64,000 bases of DNA, taken from Minisyncoccia bacterium (lineage in GTDB: Bacteria > Patescibacteriota > Minisyncoccia > UBA6257 > JAAZHW01). The notes beneath the pieces are model-generated. The model ran no database searches and was not told the origin of the DNA. It saw only the letters and a list, made by a program, of their open reading frames with translations. Position 1 is the first letter of the stretch. Each line of letters starts with the position of its first letter. The DNA lies in NCBI GenBank assembly GCA_049720475.1, contig JBNASH010000035.1, positions 84,015-148,014 of the forward strand, given 5' to 3'. The position numbers and the translations under genes were made by a program. This document shows, in pieces, positions 61,181 through 64,000 of the stretch.

Positions 61181-61830
61181 AAAAGAAAAAAACAAAAGAA
61201 ATTGATATTCTCTCCGGCGCGCCATGGGTTTACAGCAAAAAAGTGCGCGAGCATTTTTTGCACCCCAAAAATTTTATGAAGTTCGGCGAGGAAGAAAAAT
61301 TTAAATATAATGCGGTAGGAATGATTGGCAGTCCGGCTTGCGGCGATGTAATGAAAATTTGGTTATGGATCGATCCTAAAACTGAAAAAATTAAAAAATG
61401 CCGCTGGCGCACCTTTGGCTGCGCTTCAGCCATTGCCTCAACTTCAGTTTTATCAGAGATGATAACTAGAAAAGGTGGAATGAAATTAGAAGACGCTCGA
61501 AAAATTACTCCCGATCAAATTATCAAAGAATTGGGTGGTTTGCCAGCAATTAAATATCACTGTTCTGTTTTGGGTGATAAAGCTTTGCGCGATGCTATTA
61601 ATGATTATTATCGCCGCACAAAACAATATGACAAAATCGAACCAGAAGGCAGCCGCATTATTGATAAAGTTTTAAAAATTACCGAACGCGACATCGAAAA
61701 AGCTGTTATTGAAGGCGCTAAAACATTGGAAGAAGTCCAAGAAAAAACTAAAGTTGGTTTTGGCGATCCTAGTTGTTTGCCATTAGTTGAGGAATTAATT
61801 CGTTTTTATCGCGAAAAATATAATTTATAG
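61174..61830 (+). CDS. iscU: IscU/NifU-N scaffold fused to a BFD-like domain
   Basis: PACGD, TFGCASAIAS, K.HCS; C-terminal ITE.DI..A...GA.TLEEV...TK.G. Confidence 0.9.
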   Translation: MVKKKKTKEIDILSGAPWVYSKKVREHFLHPKNFMKFGEEEKFKYNAVGMIGSPACGDVMKIWLWIDPKTEKIKKCRWRTFGCASAIASTSVLSEMITRKGGMKLEDARKITPDQIIKELGGLPAIKYHCSVLGDKALRDAINDYYRRTKQYDKIEPEGSRIIDKVLKITERDIEKAVIEGAKTLEEVQEKTKVGFGDPSCLPLVEELIRFYREKYNL

Positions 61831-61850
61831 GTCGCTTAATTTTTTTGATT

Positions 61851-62045
61851 ATGAAAAAAGTTAAAATTAACAAAGAAAAATGTCTTGGTTGCGGTTCTTG
61901 CACTTTTATTTATCCAGAAATGTTTTATTTGGATGATGATGGAAAAGCCAATGTTAAAGAAATAAAAAAAATTAATGAAGAAAAATTACAATCAGCGGTT
62001 GAATCATGCCCGGTTGAAGCCATTGAAATTGAGGAGAAAAAATAA
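61851..62045 (+). CDS. Single-cluster ferredoxin
   Basis: CLGCGSC...P and CPVEAI. Confidence 0.92.
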   Translation: MKKVKINKEKCLGCGSCTFIYPEMFYLDDDGKANVKEIKKINEEKLQSAVESCPVEAIEIEEKK

Positions 62046-62107
62046 TTTAAATTTTTTTGAAAAATAAAAAGCCCCTCGACCTTTTAGTCTCGGGGCTTGT
62101 GTTTTTT

Positions 62108-63532
62108 TCAAAACCTAAGGAGGATTCCCCCTTGGATTCGCCAAGGGGAAATTTCAAGAGGAAGAATATTCGTGTTCGTGTTGCTGAGCAGCCGGCGGCC
62201 CTGAACAAAAAGAGGACCGAGCTCCAAGGAAAGCCCTATGTAAGGGCATGTTGAAGTGGTCCTAAATTTTTCAACCACTTCAACACAATTCTCCTTGGTT
62301 AAAGCCTCCTCTTTGAACGGATACAACTTTGTGTAAGTTGTATCCGTGATCCTGGTTCCCCTGTGGACCCTCCACAAGATTCCACCCTCCGGATCAATAT
62401 TCAAATTCTTCCCCAACTGCAGCTGGTATTTAATCCCAGCTGTGAACTCTTGAATCCGGACATTCTCCCGGATCAAGAGCTCGTTCCAATCTCGATGGAG
62501 TCCCACATAATAAACATATGTGGGAGGACAAGTGGTAGTCGAACTACTGCCATATTCCCCCAACAGCCTCATTTCATCAATTACCATACTCTCTTTCCCT
62601 TCATATTGGGAAAAAGAGTATTTTCCCACTTGGAAATAAGATCCACCAATGAACAGGTTTTTCCATATCTCTAATTCTACCTCCACATAGAAGGGAAAAT
62701 TTTTTCCCTTCTGAAAATTCACGACATTATGCTGCCAGAGTAAAACACTCTGGCCGAGTGCAAAAGGCACGCCATTACTCTGCGTATAGTACCACATGGC
62801 GGTCCCGTCTTCGCAATAGAAGACGGAATCACCTTGAGGAACAAGAGAAAAGAAGTCAAAGCGCTCAGTGGAATAATCAACGGAGTCTGGCAATTTCATC
62901 CCTGCCCAACCGGCCCCCACTTTAATTTTTACCGTGGGAGACCACGTCTTTACTGTCGGAACTGGCTTCGGCGTTAAAACCGGCTGAGGTTGAGGTTGAG
63001 GAGCTGGCGGCTGAACTGGAGGAATTATTACCGGTTGCTCTTTTTGTTCTTTCTTCTCTTCAGCAACTGGTTTCACCGGCGCTTCTCTCATTTCGAGAAG
63101 CGCGATATTACCGCACCGAACAGGAATAATGAAGGTAAATTCCTTCCCTTCCACTTCCAACTTGAACTGGTACGCCTGGAAGGACTCTATTCCTGCCCAG
63201 CGCAAACCTTTAAGCAATCTCCCTTTTGAATACATCATCCAAAACATTTTCTGACCTGGCTGAACTTCAACCAGATCAAGCCGTAACTGATCGAGCTGCT
63301 CATAGAGAGCAGCATAGGTCGCTTCCCCCAAGGCGCCGCCGGGGAAGTAATCCAGGGCCCTACCTACCTCTTCATTCACCTTTTTCAAGAGGTTCTTCAC
63401 CTCTTGGGGTGATTGAAGATAGGGGCTCAACGGGGCCCTTCCTAACTGTCTTAATTCCAACTCCTGTCCAACTGCCGCTGTCACCAGCGACAGCACCAGA
63501 CAAAAAACCAAAAAAATTCCTCGTTTTTTCAT
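62108..63532 (-). CDS. Secreted hypothetical protein, GC-rich, with beta-barrel-like C-terminal half
   Basis: Signal peptide, Pro/Gln linker, amphipathic aromatic-rich strands, terminal Phe; AAGGAGG SD and its own promoter. Confidence 0.75.
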   Translation of the reverse strand: MKKRGIFLVFCLVLSLVTAAVGQELELRQLGRAPLSPYLQSPQEVKNLLKKVNEEVGRALDYFPGGALGEATYAALYEQLDQLRLDLVEVQPGQKMFWMMYSKGRLLKGLRWAGIESFQAYQFKLEVEGKEFTFIIPVRCGNIALLEMREAPVKPVAEEKKEQKEQPVIIPPVQPPAPQPQPQPVLTPKPVPTVKTWSPTVKIKVGAGWAGMKLPDSVDYSTERFDFFSLVPQGDSVFYCEDGTAMWYYTQSNGVPFALGQSVLLWQHNVVNFQKGKNFPFYVEVELEIWKNLFIGGSYFQVGKYSFSQYEGKESMVIDEMRLLGEYGSSSTTTCPPTYVYYVGLHRDWNELLIRENVRIQEFTAGIKYQLQLGKNLNIDPEGGILWRVHRGTRITDTTYTKLYPFKEEALTKENCVEVVEKFRTTSTCPYIGLSLELGPLFVQGRRLLSNTNTNILPLEISPWRIQGGILLRF

Positions 63533-63615
63533 CTAAAACCTCCTTAAAAATTTTTTTTATCCTTTTAAAGGACTGCCTAAATTCTACTTACTTTTATGAT
63601 TTTGTCAAGAAAAAG

Positions 63616-63646
63616 AAAGGCGGGCGAAGCTTTGCTTCGCCCGCCC
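63616..63646 (-). terminator. Intrinsic terminator after the KamA-like gene
   Basis: Minus strand GGCGGGCGAAGC-AAA-GCTTCGCCCGCC followed by TTTCTTTTT. Confidence 0.85.
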
Positions 63647-63661
63647 CATTTCCCTCGCTTT

Positions 63662-64000
63662 TTATATCACCTTATGCCTCTTTCCCAAAAAATCTTTGAA
63701 CGTTTTTTTATTAAACTCCCAAAATTCCAAAGGAACAGGAATTTTACCGCTGCCATTCGGCGTATCAATCACATAAGTCGGCCAAGCCAATCCCGATAAA
63801 TTTTTTCTTAACTTCGTTGCGATTTTAATTTCTTTTTCAAATGGCACACGAAAATGTTCAATGCCTTTCACCGGATCGCAACGATAAAGATAATAAGGTT
63901 TAACTCCAATCTCAATTAAACGCGAAAACAATTCATACAAAACTTCATAAGAATCATTAACGCCTTTTAAAAAAACACTTTGACTATACAAAATTGCTCC
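63662..64000 (-). CDS. KamA family radical SAM protein (lysine 2,3-aminomutase-like), 3' part
   Basis: QSVFLKGVND, PYYLY.CD.V.G..HF, SGLA.PTYV.D.P.G.GK.P; runs off the window edge. Confidence 0.9.
   Translation of the reverse strand, partial: GAILYSQSVFLKGVNDSYEVLYELFSRLIEIGVKPYYLYRCDPVKGIEHFRVPFEKEIKIATKLRKNLSGLAWPTYVIDTPNGSGKIPVPLEFWEFNKKTFKDFLGKRHKVI

Noticed and set aside
62057-63799. Several plus-strand ORFs over the GC-rich gene
   Set aside because: Higher GC lengthens shadow ORFs; the minus-strand gene has the signal peptide, SD and promoter.

Overview
AT-rich (roughly one third GC by eye) chromosomal segment that looks like a Patescibacteria/CPR (Parcubacteria-like) genome; this assignment is inferred from gene content, terse intergenic spacing and AT-rich leaders without Shine-Dalgarno (SD) motifs. 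Contents in order: the 3' part of a group 3b-like [NiFe] hydrogenase operon with a convergent HypC + DUF6390-like pair; tRNA-His followed by a short array of self-contained orphan-gene cassettes; rny, hup and an ECF sigma factor; rpmH-rnpA-yidD-yidC-jag; an 11-gene Patescibacteria-type T4SS-like cluster (VirB6-like, PrgI, VirB4, pilin); rsmA, pcrA, LysM-M23, comM, dksA-like; rplT-rpmI-infC, tmRNA, smpB, rtcB; a GT2; tRNA-Arg(CCG); an S66 peptidase; an unusual tRNA-Ile(UAU); ftsH; a 1400-aa secreted Zn-phospholipase C/S1-P1-like multidomain protein with a small upstream partner; leuS, gpmI, RNase P RNA, rodZ-like, ftsK, gatAC, ligA; four minor pilins; an Rrf2-IscS-IscU-ferredoxin operon; a GC-rich, probably foreign secreted/beta-barrel-like gene; and the end of a KamA-like radical SAM gene. 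No CRISPR, IS, integrase or prophage was seen. Best leads: the PLC-like effector and its partner; a second gene-expression grammar (terminator-promoter-boxA-like-SD) shared by the orphan genes; a hydrogenase lacking the C-terminal maturation peptide next to a minimal HypC/DUF6390 pair; tRNA-Ile(UAU); and perfect DnaA boxes at the hup, T4SS and pilin promoters. All family calls come from recognised motifs, not database searches.
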